Shown piece by piece: positions 1 to 8,530 of a stretch of 32,000 bases of DNA. Position 1 is the first letter of the stretch. Each line of letters begins with the position of its first letter. The notes beneath the pieces are model-generated. The model saw only the letters and a list, made by a program, of their open reading frames with translations, did not search any database and was not told the DNA's origin. Source of the stretch: Cylindrospermopsis raciborskii Cr2010 (GTDB lineage Bacteria; Cyanobacteriota; Cyanobacteriia; Cyanobacteriales; Nostocaceae). The position numbers and the translations under genes were made by a program. The stretch covers positions 2,370,001 to 2,402,000 of the forward strand of contig NZ_CP065936.1 of NCBI RefSeq assembly GCF_003367075.2, written 5' to 3'.

Positions 1-282
1 TTCCGGTGATAAATATCCTTCTGACCAAAGAACGTGGGCACTAGCTAAGGTAGCATGACCGCACAGGGGAACTTCTGTGGTTGGCGTGAACCACCGTAAA
101 TTGAAACCGTCATTCTCTGGTAGCAAAAAAGCTGTTTCTGATAAATTCATTTCTTGAGCTACTTGCTGCATCCACTTATCAGATTCAGCATTGGTCAACA
201 CGCAAACCGCAGCAGGATTACCTTGAAATGGTTTGTTGGTAAAAGCGTCAACTTGGATAATTTTTTGGTTAGTGATTCTCAT
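1..282 (-). CDS. PhzF-family (phenazine-biosynthesis-like isomerase) protein, N-terminal 94 codons; the gene continues past the left window edge
   Basis: My own reverse-strand translation from the ATG (complement of 280-282) gives [94 protein letters not shown]. The VDAFT..F.GNPAAV, SETAF and [15 protein letters not shown] blocks are the N-terminal signature of PhzF/YddE-type proteins. It is absent from the ORF track because it is open at the window edge. Confidence 0.8.
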   Translation of the reverse strand, partial: MRITNQKIIQVDAFTNKPFQGNPAAVCVLTNAESDKWMQQVAQEMNLSETAFLLPENDGFNLRWFTPTTEVPLCGHATLASAHVLWSEGYLSPE

Positions 283-295
283 GTTATTGTTATAT

Positions 296-411
296 TAAGT
301 AGGGAGGCACAATTATTTGTAGGATGGGTTAGTGGTAGGGTAACCCATGGGGGCGTTGGGTTTCGTTCCTCAACCCAACCTACGTTCATCTTATGTTTAA
401 TTCCACCCACC
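296..411. repeat. MITE-like dispersed repeat, copy A (116 bp)
   Basis: It aligns in the same orientation with 20057-20161 (taagtagggag.cacaattatttgtaggatgggtta...acccatg.gg..gttgggtttc.t..t.caacccaacctacgttcatcttat.tttaattccac.cacc). There are a few substitutions, and this copy has an extra 11 bp (gtggtagggta). Internal inverted repeats are GTAGGATGGGTT/AACCCAACCTAC and GTTGGGTT/AACCCAAC. It is intergenic, and the ORF-track ORF 154-414 running through it is spurious. Confidence 0.8.
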
Positions 412-454
412 TAGAAGCCATTAACCACAATAGATTCCGGATTTGCCCGAGGAT

Positions 455-1501
455 TTAAACAGCACCACTGTTTTTATTAAATAAAATGGATATAGTTTTA
501 ACAATTAATTGCAAATCGTAAACTAAACTCCAATTTTTCTGATACTGTAGGTCTAGACGAATAACATCCTCAAAATTGCGTACTTTGGAGCGACCATTTA
601 CTTGCCATTCCCCAGTCATCCCTGGTTTTACATCCAAGCGTTGCCATTCTGGCACTTCGTATAATTCCACTTCATCAGGGGTGGGTGGACGAGTACCAAC
701 TAAACTCATTTCCCCTTTTAACACGTTCCAAAATTGTGGCAGTTCATCCAAACTGGTACGACGCAAAAAACGTCCTACCTTAGTGATTCTAGGGTCATGA
801 TCATTTTTAAAAAATGCCCCAGCTACTTGATTTTTTACCTGGGACTTTTTAGCTTCCGCATCTACACACATGGAACGGAACTTCCAAATATAAAAACGTT
901 TACCCATCCACCCACAACGGATCTGTCTAAAAAAAATCGGACCTGGATCATTGATGCTGATGGCAATCCCAATGGGAATCAATAAACATGCTGTAATTAC
1001 TAACCCTACTAAAGACCCAACTATATCAATAATTCTTTTCATCCGAGACTTTACGCAAGGATGAGTTGCTGGTAGGTCTTCTAGTCTACAATTACTGCCA
1101 CGACTATTTCCGGAGTTAGTCAATTCTGAGGTTTTATTAGTTACAGAAGATTTAATTATAAATACCTGATCTAATCCCGTTAAATTCAGGACTGCCATCA
1201 CTTGTGGGGTCACATTATCAAGTATAAATTCTATCTCCTTTTCTTGAGCGGACTTAAAACTACTGACTAAAGCCCCCAGCCCACTACTATCCATAAAAGT
1301 TGTGTTATTCAAGTCTATCAATAGAACTTTAGAATCTAGGTTAGACTCAATTAGATCTCGGCAGGTCTTTTTAAAGCAAATGGCTTCATTTACGCTGAGA
1401 CGATTTGAAGCCTGGACTACCATCGTACCTTCCAGATAATGAACCGGAAGATCTATTTCTGCGAATTTTCCAGTCATGAAGCTATCAACTTGGGTTACCA
1501 T
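455..1501 (-). CDS. STAS (anti-sigma-factor-antagonist) domain fused to a polyprenyl-phosphate sugar phosphotransferase (Bac_transf/WbaP-type, EPS/O-antigen initiating enzyme)
   Basis: The N-terminal ~118 aa carry the SpoIIAA/STAS pattern (LLIDLNNTTFMDSSGLGALVS...VMAVLNLTGLDQVFII), including the DSSG phospho-serine motif. One TM helix follows (IIDIVGSLVGLVITACLLIPIGIAISI). The catalytic core is a bacterial sugar transferase (PGPIFFRQIRCG..GKRFYIWKFRSM...DPRITKVGRFLRRTSLDELPQFWNVLKGEMSLVGTRPP...KPGMTGEWQVNGRS). Confidence 0.85.
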   Translation of the reverse strand: MVTQVDSFMTGKFAEIDLPVHYLEGTMVVQASNRLSVNEAICFKKTCRDLIESNLDSKVLLIDLNNTTFMDSSGLGALVSSFKSAQEKEIEFILDNVTPQVMAVLNLTGLDQVFIIKSSVTNKTSELTNSGNSRGSNCRLEDLPATHPCVKSRMKRIIDIVGSLVGLVITACLLIPIGIAISINDPGPIFFRQIRCGWMGKRFYIWKFRSMCVDAEAKKSQVKNQVAGAFFKNDHDPRITKVGRFLRRTSLDELPQFWNVLKGEMSLVGTRPPTPDEVELYEVPEWQRLDVKPGMTGEWQVNGRSKVRNFEDVIRLDLQYQKNWSLVYDLQLIVKTISILFNKNSGAV

Positions 1502-1834
1502 CTACAGATTAAGCTAAGATTCCACCACGCTCACCCACCCGGAATGTTTAGTTTTAAGTAAAAATAAACATCTCCAGGGTAAATCTTTCCCACTGTTTAT
1601 CCCCTACCCAAGGGGTAGAGGTTCTCAACTAGTTTCAACTAATAATTATGTTTCTAAGGATAGATGCTAGTGGCTACTTTACGAATAGAAAACAGTTTAG
1701 ACTGTTTGCTCCTATGATAAATTTCCCTATATTGACGAAAAGTATCTTGCTTACCTTTTTTGGAAATGTCGATAAACTTTCATTTTTTCCACTAGAACAA
1801 CACAAAACTTTATATTTAGAAATAGGTAGTTGAA

Positions 1835-2476
1835 TTAGTAATTTTCATCTACATTGTTAGATCTAGATTTGGCTTTATTAGCACTACGTTTAAGAGCAGA
1901 AAGCCTAGCTTCGTAACGGTAACGCTGACGCTTACCTGGGGTAGTATCAATTAAGGTTTTAAGAGCACTTCCTAAACTTTTATAGGCATTAGGTAAAGTA
2001 TAACCAAATCGCGTAGCTAAATTAATAGCTTTTTCATCAGCATCAATTAACTCTTTTGTTTGCTTTGCGCCATTATTTTTTTGATATAGTCGCCAGCCAG
2101 AAACTCCACAAAGAGCTAAAGCTAAAACTAATAATAATCCATCCTGCACCCACAATTCACCTACAGCACCACCTAAACCAATAGCCAACGCAGCCATTTC
2201 CCACCCATCTTTAGGAATAGTATCATTTTGAATACGTCCCACCTCATGCCAAAATAGGAGGTTACGCTGGTCCATAGCTAAGGCATCCCACTTAATTAAA
2301 TCAATTTGAATCTCCACTTGGTCTTTACCAATTTCTTCAGAACGAATCAAAGGAGGACTGACTTCTGTTGTTCCTTCCACAATTACCCAACTTTGTAATT
2401 CTGGTGGAAGTAGACTCTTTAATCGTCTAAGTTCGCTCATTTCTGCCTTAGCAGAGGAAGTTGTGTATGATGTCAT
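1835..2476 (-). CDS. Conserved hypothetical membrane protein with two central hydrophobic helices and a basic C-terminus
   Basis: A 213-aa ORF with clean ATG start. Hydrophobic segments are WEMAALAIGLGGAVGELW and LLLVLALALCGVSGW. It resembles a cyanobacteria-restricted DUF family of ~200 aa (I recall DUF3318 but cannot verify that here). I recognised no catalytic motifs. Confidence 0.6.
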   Translation of the reverse strand: MTSYTTSSAKAEMSELRRLKSLLPPELQSWVIVEGTTEVSPPLIRSEEIGKDQVEIQIDLIKWDALAMDQRNLLFWHEVGRIQNDTIPKDGWEMAALAIGLGGAVGELWVQDGLLLVLALALCGVSGWRLYQKNNGAKQTKELIDADEKAINLATRFGYTLPNAYKSLGSALKTLIDTTPGKRQRYRYEARLSALKRSANKAKSRSNNVDENY

Positions 2477-2794
2477 AAAAATTCAAGCGATATCAGTTTG
2501 TTAATATTTACTAAAAAACGACTATGTGGACAGTCATGGTGGTATCATGACCCGGAAGAGAATTTGGAAACTCTACCACAACCATCTTAACTTGCTATGG
2601 ATATTTTTGAGAGAAAGTGAAGCAGTCGAATCCTATTGGTTTGAGGTTTGTTTGAAAACTTACATGATTGGAGCTAGTTAGAACATTAACTATTGGTTTA
2701 AAGAATGTGAGAATGGCTACAATTACTGTTTAAAACCCCAGACATCATCACATAGTGAAAATAATGGGGAGTAAAGGTTATATAGTTGAAACTA

Positions 2795-2824
2795 TTGACA
2801 GTAACTAAGAAAATTTACTATAAT
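2795..2824 (+). promoter_or_regulatory. Near-consensus sigma70-type promoter upstream of natF (TTGACA-N18-TATAAT)
   Basis: TTGACA lies at 2795-2800 and TATAAT at 2819-2824, about 43 nt upstream of the ATG at 2867. It falls inside the TTG-initiated N-terminal extension offered by the ORF track (2786), which argues for the 2867 start. Confidence 0.5.
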
Positions 2825-2866
2825 TCTCCCCGAGTTTATCCCGACATTTACCATTGTAGCAAAATT

Positions 2867-3922
2867 ATGGCAAAATCATTTTTGTTTTTAGCAGTTGCTC
2901 CTCTTATTTTCACCCTTTTAGGTTGCAATAGCAGTCCTACTAGCAGCACATCTACATCAACAGTACAACCACGCAATACTACTGGCAAAGTTAAAACCAA
3001 TCTCCGTTTAGTTTGTGGTGTTAGTGGTGAGTTACCTGGATTTAGCTTTGTGCAAACCGATAGTAAATATGCTGGTATTGATGTGGATGTTTGTCGTGCT
3101 GTTTCAGCTGCCTTATTTGACAATCCGGACAAAGTAGAGTTTCGTAATCTTAGTGCTAAAGAAAGATTCACTGCTTTACAAACTGGTGAAGTGGATTTAC
3201 TTAGCCGTAATACAACATGGACTTTTAGTCGTGACACTTCTATGGGTCTATATTTTTCACCCGTGGTACTATATGATGGTCAAGGGATCATGATCCGTAA
3301 AAATAGTGGCATTAATTCCTTAGCTGATTTAAAAAACAAAGCTATCTGCACCCAAACAGGTACAACCACAGAACAAAATTTAGCTGACCAAATGCGGAGG
3401 CGGGGCATTAGTTATAAACCCGTAGTTTTTGAAGATATTAACGTTACCTTTGCTACCTATTCGGAAGGTCGTTGTGATGCCATAACAGCTGATCGTTCAG
3501 CCTTAATTTCCCGACGTACTACCCTACCCAAACCTGAAGATAATATTGTTCTGAATGAATTACTTTCTTCAGAACCTTTAGCTCCTGCAGTTGCTCAGGG
3601 AGACCCCCAATGGCATAACATTGTTAAATGGAGTGTTTACGCTCTAATCAAGGCTGAAGAGTTAGGCATTAACTCTCAAAATATATCCCAATTTGCTAAT
3701 AGTAAGGATCCGGAAATTAAACGTTTTTTAGGCACAGAAGGTAACCTAGGTCAAGGTATAGGTTTAACCAATGATTTTGCCGCTCGAATAATTAAGCATG
3801 TTGGTAACTACGGGGAAATTTACGATCGCAATTTAGGGTCTAAAACCAAACTGAATCTCCCTCGTGGACAAAATGAACTTTATAGCAAAGGTGGCTTACT
3901 CTATTCTCCACCATTTCGTTAG
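2867..3922 (+). CDS. natF: Amino-acid ABC transporter substrate-binding lipoprotein, AapJ/NatF type (N-II neutral/acidic amino-acid system)
   Basis: From the ATG at 2867 the protein starts MAKSFLFLAVAPLIFTLLGCNSS, a lipoprotein signal with an LLGC lipobox. The body is a family-3 solute-binding protein similar to general L-amino-acid binding proteins (GVSGELPGFSF..GIDVDVCRAV..VDLLSRNTTWT). Two permease genes follow it. The symbol comes from synteny and family recollection of the Anabaena natFGH-bgtA system. Confidence 0.8.
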   Translation: MAKSFLFLAVAPLIFTLLGCNSSPTSSTSTSTVQPRNTTGKVKTNLRLVCGVSGELPGFSFVQTDSKYAGIDVDVCRAVSAALFDNPDKVEFRNLSAKERFTALQTGEVDLLSRNTTWTFSRDTSMGLYFSPVVLYDGQGIMIRKNSGINSLADLKNKAICTQTGTTTEQNLADQMRRRGISYKPVVFEDINVTFATYSEGRCDAITADRSALISRRTTLPKPEDNIVLNELLSSEPLAPAVAQGDPQWHNIVKWSVYALIKAEELGINSQNISQFANSKDPEIKRFLGTEGNLGQGIGLTNDFAARIIKHVGNYGEIYDRNLGSKTKLNLPRGQNELYSKGGLLYSPPFR

Positions 3923-3954
3923 TTCCCAACCAGTGATATTGGAGAAGATAACCA

Positions 3955-4896
3955 ATGACTAATTCCCAACCACCAATATGGCGTAATTATCGTTTTTGGC
4001 AAGTTGCCATACAGGTTTTAGCCATAATTCTAGCTTTTGGTGTAGTGAATATCCTGTGGAACAATGCCAGCCATAATTTACGACAGTTGGGTATTAGTTT
4101 GGGGTGGGATTTTCTTGGGCAACAAGCATCTTTTGACATTGGCGAAACCCTAGTTAAGTATCATCCCACAGACTCCTATGGGCGAGCTTTAGCTGTGGGA
4201 CTAGTTAATTCCTTGCGAGTAGCAACTTTAGGAATTTTGTTCGCTACGGTTGTGGGAATAACTGCTGGTATAGGGCGTTTATCTGATAATTGGTTAGTAA
4301 GAAATATCAGTTTAGTTTACGTGGAGATTTTTAGAAACACCCCTTTATTATTGCAGTTGTTATTTTGGTATTTTGGAGTTTTTCTATCTCTACCAAAACC
4401 AGAAAATAAAATTTCTCTTTTTGGTTTAGGTTACCTGAGTCAAAATGGCATAGATTTACCCGCCCTCACCTATGAGGGAGTTAACCTAACTCCAGAATTT
4501 TGTACCCTGTTATTAGGTCTGACATTTTACACCGGTGCTTTTATTGCAGAAATTGTCAGAGCGGGTATAAAGTCAGTCTCCCAGGGACAGCGAGAAGCGG
4601 GATTATCCCTAGGATTAAGACCTGGTTTGTTAATGAGGTTGATAATCTTTCCCCAGGCTTTAAAGCTGATTGTTCCCCCACTTACCAGTCAATATTTGAA
4701 TTTGATGAAAAATTCTAGTTTAGCGATCGCTATTGGTTATCCAGATATTTATTTTGTCGCTTCCACCACCTTTAACCAAACAGGAAAAGCTGTGGAAGTC
4801 ATGATTTTATTGATGATCACCTATTTAACTTTAAGCTTAACTATTTCTATAGTAATGAATTTAGTCAATCGCACTGTTCAAATTAAAGAAAGATAA
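3955..4896 (+). CDS. natG: Amino-acid ABC transporter permease (AapQ/NatG type)
   Basis: A 313-aa polytopic membrane protein with a His/Glu/Gln/Arg-type permease core (FRNTPLLLQLLFWYFG; EAA-like loop AEIVRAGIKSVSQGQREAGLSLGL). A GGAGAAG SD sits 8 nt upstream of the ATG. Confidence 0.85.
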   Translation: MTNSQPPIWRNYRFWQVAIQVLAIILAFGVVNILWNNASHNLRQLGISLGWDFLGQQASFDIGETLVKYHPTDSYGRALAVGLVNSLRVATLGILFATVVGITAGIGRLSDNWLVRNISLVYVEIFRNTPLLLQLLFWYFGVFLSLPKPENKISLFGLGYLSQNGIDLPALTYEGVNLTPEFCTLLLGLTFYTGAFIAEIVRAGIKSVSQGQREAGLSLGLRPGLLMRLIIFPQALKLIVPPLTSQYLNLMKNSSLAIAIGYPDIYFVASTTFNQTGKAVEVMILLMITYLTLSLTISIVMNLVNRTVQIKER

Positions 4897-4934
4897 TAAT
4901 CACTTTGCTCAAACTAGTTATGGATAACTAAATT

Positions 4935-5957
4935 ATGGATCAGCTAATTTGGCTTAGAAAAAATCTATTTAATAACTGGTACAATGGGGTATTAACTATA
5001 GTTTGTGTAATTGCTTTATTTTTCCTAGGTAAAGGCGTATTATTTTGGATATTTAATCAAGCCAAATGGCAAGTTGTCACGGTAAATATCCATTTATTTT
5101 TAGTTGGGAGATTCCCCCGGTCCTTATATTGGCGAATCTGGTTAGCTTTGGCAATCAATTCTATTATAGGGTTGATAACTTGGCATGGGTTGATGCAAAA
5201 ATATCATTTGCCTAAAAACCAATTGCTTCAAAAAGCTTATCAGTTAATTAGACCTCTGTTAGCACCTATATGGTTATTAACTTTTATCATTACTATTTGG
5301 TTACTTGGTGGCGGTTTTGGGTTACAATCTGTTCCTACAAATCTGTGGAATGGACTTTTATTAACCTTGTTAATGGCATTTGTTAGTATAGCACTTTCCT
5401 TTCCTCTGGGTGTACTATTAGCATTGGGAAGAAATAGTGAATTACCTGTAATTCGCTGGTTTTCTATTCTCTACATTGAGCTAGTTAGAGGTTTACCGCT
5501 CATAGGAATTTTGTTTATTGCCCAGGTGATGTTACCTCTGTTTCTACCTGCCGACTGGCGTTTAGACAGATTAGTTAGAGGTGTTGCAGGACTAGTTTTA
5601 TTTAGTGCTGCTTATATGGCAGAAAATGTGCGCGGGGGACTGCAATCCATACCTAAAGGACAATTTGAAGCAGCAAGAGCATTGGGTTTAAATACCTTTT
5701 TACTCCTGATATTGGTTGTATTACCTCAAGCTTTACGAGTGGTAATCCCTACAATTGTAGGACAGTTTATTGGTTTATTCAAGGATACCTCATTACTGTC
5801 CCTAGTGGGTTTAGTGGAATTAACCGGAATTGCCCGCTCTATTTTAGCACAACCACAATTTCTGGGTACATACATGGAGGTTTATATATTTATTGGCGCA
5901 GTGTATTGGCTATTTTGTTATTCCATGTCCCTAGCTGCACGTAGGTTAGAAACCTAG
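4935..5957 (+). CDS. natH: Amino-acid ABC transporter permease (AapM/NatH type)
   Basis: A 340-aa polytopic membrane protein with permease motifs (YIELVRGLPLIGILF; AENVRGGLQSIPKGQFEAARALGL). It is the third gene of the transporter operon. Confidence 0.85.
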   Translation: MDQLIWLRKNLFNNWYNGVLTIVCVIALFFLGKGVLFWIFNQAKWQVVTVNIHLFLVGRFPRSLYWRIWLALAINSIIGLITWHGLMQKYHLPKNQLLQKAYQLIRPLLAPIWLLTFIITIWLLGGGFGLQSVPTNLWNGLLLTLLMAFVSIALSFPLGVLLALGRNSELPVIRWFSILYIELVRGLPLIGILFIAQVMLPLFLPADWRLDRLVRGVAGLVLFSAAYMAENVRGGLQSIPKGQFEAARALGLNTFLLLILVVLPQALRVVIPTIVGQFIGLFKDTSLLSLVGLVELTGIARSILAQPQFLGTYMEVYIFIGAVYWLFCYSMSLAARRLET

Positions 5958-5964
5958 AATGGAA

Positions 5965-5996
5965 GTTCCCTGGATCTTCGTAAAAGACCCAGGGAA
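5965..5996. terminator. Perfect 9-bp stem hairpin between the convergent natH and phosphatase genes (possible bidirectional terminator)
   Basis: GTTCCCTGG (5965-5973) pairs with CCAGGGAAC (5988-5996) around a 14-nt loop. There is no clear U-tract on either side, so terminator function is uncertain. Confidence 0.35.
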
Positions 5997-7483
5997 CGCA
6001 CAACCAAGATTGCTCTAACTTAATTCGTAATTAAATGTTAGGACTAGCAAAAACAAAAGTTGCACTTGCAGCATTCACACCGTTAAGAGTAGCAACTAAC
6101 ACACCATTGATGCTGATGTTACTACCACTAAAGGTCAAGTCGCTTACAGATGTAGCAACCTGATTAGTAATGCCAATTACGTCAGTACCAATGGTGTAGT
6201 CAACAATTGTATTGGGGGTTTTCAACAAAGTGGGGTTATCAGTCAGAATCCAAAACTGATCTACACCAGCACCACCGGAGATTACATTACCTCCACCTTC
6301 ACCCACAAAGAACCGGTCATCACCATCACCACCTAAAGCACGACCATTCGCACCTAGGTGGAATGTGTCATTCCCAGTACCACCGGATATACGGTAGCCA
6401 CTGGCATCTGTGGCATAAAATATATCATTACCACTACCGCCAAAAATGCGATCGCTATTGTTGAGATATATTTCATCTCCACCACTACCGGTAAAGACGC
6501 TATTATTTCCGGCAATAGCAGAAGCTGCGGTAGAAGCATCCACCGTATCAGCGCCCGCACCAGTAAATACCAGGTCATTAATACCGTCAAAGGAGCTAGG
6601 ACTGGAGTTAGCACCCGCAACCAATACATCATTACCTGAAGTACCAGAAACTAATTTCACTTCCTGTTGGGTAGCAGCAAATTCTGGTGTTACACCGAAC
6701 AGAGTTTGATACATTAGATCATAAATTTGAGTATTATCTACAGTACCGGGTAGCTTATCAGCATTCATTCCGTAGGCCTTGGAAACAATACTACCAGGAA
6801 AATCAGGAGTTCCCACCCAAGCAATCCCAAAATTACCCATGGGTCCATCAATACTATTCTTAGCAGCAAAGGGAATCCAGGGTTCCGCAGCAGTACCAGT
6901 ACTACCTTTGGGACCATCCAAAAATGCCCGGTTATTGTTGGTAGTTGTCGGGTTAACTCCAATGAATGGTACTTCAGGTTGGCTATTAGCTAAATTCGGT
7001 TTATTAGCATCAAAGTTACCACTGGGACGGTTGTAAGGAGCAAATTGAAACACCTGCATCCCACCAGCATCACTGTCTGCTGCTGTTATTACCAGAGTAT
7101 TAGGGTCTTGTTTAACATAGTCCATAGCTACGCCTATAGCCGCATCAGCTCGGCGTAGAGCTTCTATGGTTCCTACCGCGTTGTTATTATTGGCAAAGTT
7201 ATCAGTTCCTTCCTCTTCTATGACCACAAAGAATCCCTGGGGGTCTTGACGAAGAATTTTTAATGATGCTGTTAACATTTCCGCCACTGTGGGAGCTGTA
7301 CTCACATACAGAGGTAAAGGACTGTTGGTGTTCAGTCCTAGAGACTCTTCCCGACGATCATCAAAGGTGTGGTTGGCGGCAAAAACCCCTAGGAGCTTGG
7401 TGTTAGCAGTAGCAGTAGCAACTGCTGCATTCATTTGCTCCTCCGTGTAAACCACGGTGTAGCCGAGGGATTTAGCCAGGTTA

Positions 7484-8530
7484 CAGCAGTTTTCATGTAA
7501 ATAAACCACAATGATTGAACCAATTAAGCGCATCCTCTGCTGTAATATAATTTACTGCACTTGTCATGGCCTCATTTAGGGCTTCTAATGTTCGTGCCTC
7601 CCGACTACGGAGAAATTGCTTTAATTTTGACCAACACAATTCTATCGGAGATAAGTCTGGAGAATAGGGGGGTAAAAACTTAACTTTTGCACCGACTGAT
7701 TCAATTGACAATCTCACGCGCTCGGCATAATGAACCTTTAAATTATCCATAACAACAATAGCCCCTTTCCATAATTGAGGTACTAAAACCTGATTTACAT
7801 AAGTGAGAAATACTTCTGTATTTGTGCTTCCCTCTACAGTCATTGCTGCCAGAATTCCATCCATATTTAAAGCCCCAATCAGAGAAATATTTTTGCCCTT
7901 GTTTCCTGGTACGCTACCAATTGCTCTTTGTCCATCTTGGCTTCTGGCAAACAACCTTGACATCCCTAAATTTATCCCCGATTCATCTAAAAACACTAAA
8001 TTTCTAATATCAACTGTATCTACCCAACGACGATAATCATGCCTTAATTCTTGAACACGTGGAGTCTCCTGTTCACTGGCATTTAGACTTTTTTTTATGA
8101 CGTAGACCCAACTTTTCTAAGGCTCGATGCATGGTTGTGATACTAACACTAGTGCCCGTCGTTTCTCTCAGGCGATCGCACAATTCTGAAAGTAGTAAAT
8201 CATTTTTCTCATCCAGCCAAGACTTGATCATGTTTAAATATTGGCCTGCAATTACAGGCTTTTCATATCCTCCACATTGCTTTGGCTCAACTTGCCCAGT
8301 TTCACGATAACGACGTACTAAATTTCTCACAAATGATAAGCTGACCTTGAATCTTTCTGCCAACTGGCGTTGAGATCCCTCTTGAGCAACCCATGCTACA
8401 ATCACGCGATTACGCAAATCTATTGAATAAGGTTTTGGCATATAATTTGACAGTACTTCTACTCTATTTTAGTTTATTACCCTTATTATAGCTTATCTTA
8501 TTTTGTAGTTTAACTACATGAAAATTGCTG
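7484..8530 (-). mobile_element. IS630-family insertion sequence (1047 bp) with ~30-bp imperfect terminal inverted repeats and TA target-site duplication
   Basis: The ends are CAGCAGTTTTCATGTAAATAAACCACAA (7484 onward, + strand) and, on the other strand from 8530, CAGCAATTTTCATGTAGTTAAACTACAA. TA flanks it at 7482-7483 and 8531-8532. It encodes an IS630-type transposase (HTH N-terminus; DDE motifs VFLDESG, MDNLKVH, YSPDLSPIE). Confidence 0.9.
7493..8441 (-). CDS. IS630-family transposase, in two frames joined at an A8 run (programmed frameshift or transcriptional slippage, or a frameshift mutation)
   Basis: OrfA (8073-8441) starts MPKPYSIDLRNRVI... and ends ...LGLRHKKKSKCQ*. The +1 frame stays open across the A8 run (T8 on the + strand at 8089-8096). 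It reads KKSLNASEQETPRVQELRHDYRRWVDTVDIRNLVFLDESGINLGMSR..., which is the normal contiguous IS630 transposase sequence leading into orfB (7493-7996). Confidence 0.85.

Noticed and set aside
154-414. An 86-aa + strand ORF from the track.
   Set aside because: It runs antisense through the PhzF-like gene start and then through the MITE-like repeat (the ...GVGFRSSTQPT... part is repeat-derived). There is no SD or domain, so I consider it spurious.
1648-1833. A 61-aa + strand ORF between two minus-strand genes.
   Set aside because: It has no SD, its composition is typical of AT-rich intergenic DNA, and I recognised no motif.
2786-2866. The TTG-initiated N-terminal extension of natF offered by the ORF track.
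   Set aside because: The extension contains the near-consensus promoter (2795-2824). The ATG at 2867 gives a textbook lipoprotein signal peptide.
6207-7036. Several 65-93-aa ORFs on both strands inside the phosphatase gene, some of them His- or Thr-rich.
   Set aside because: They are alternative-frame or antisense readings of the repetitive RTX/Gly-Asp-rich coding sequence, which is low-complexity. The long minus-strand frame, which has clear homology, explains the region.
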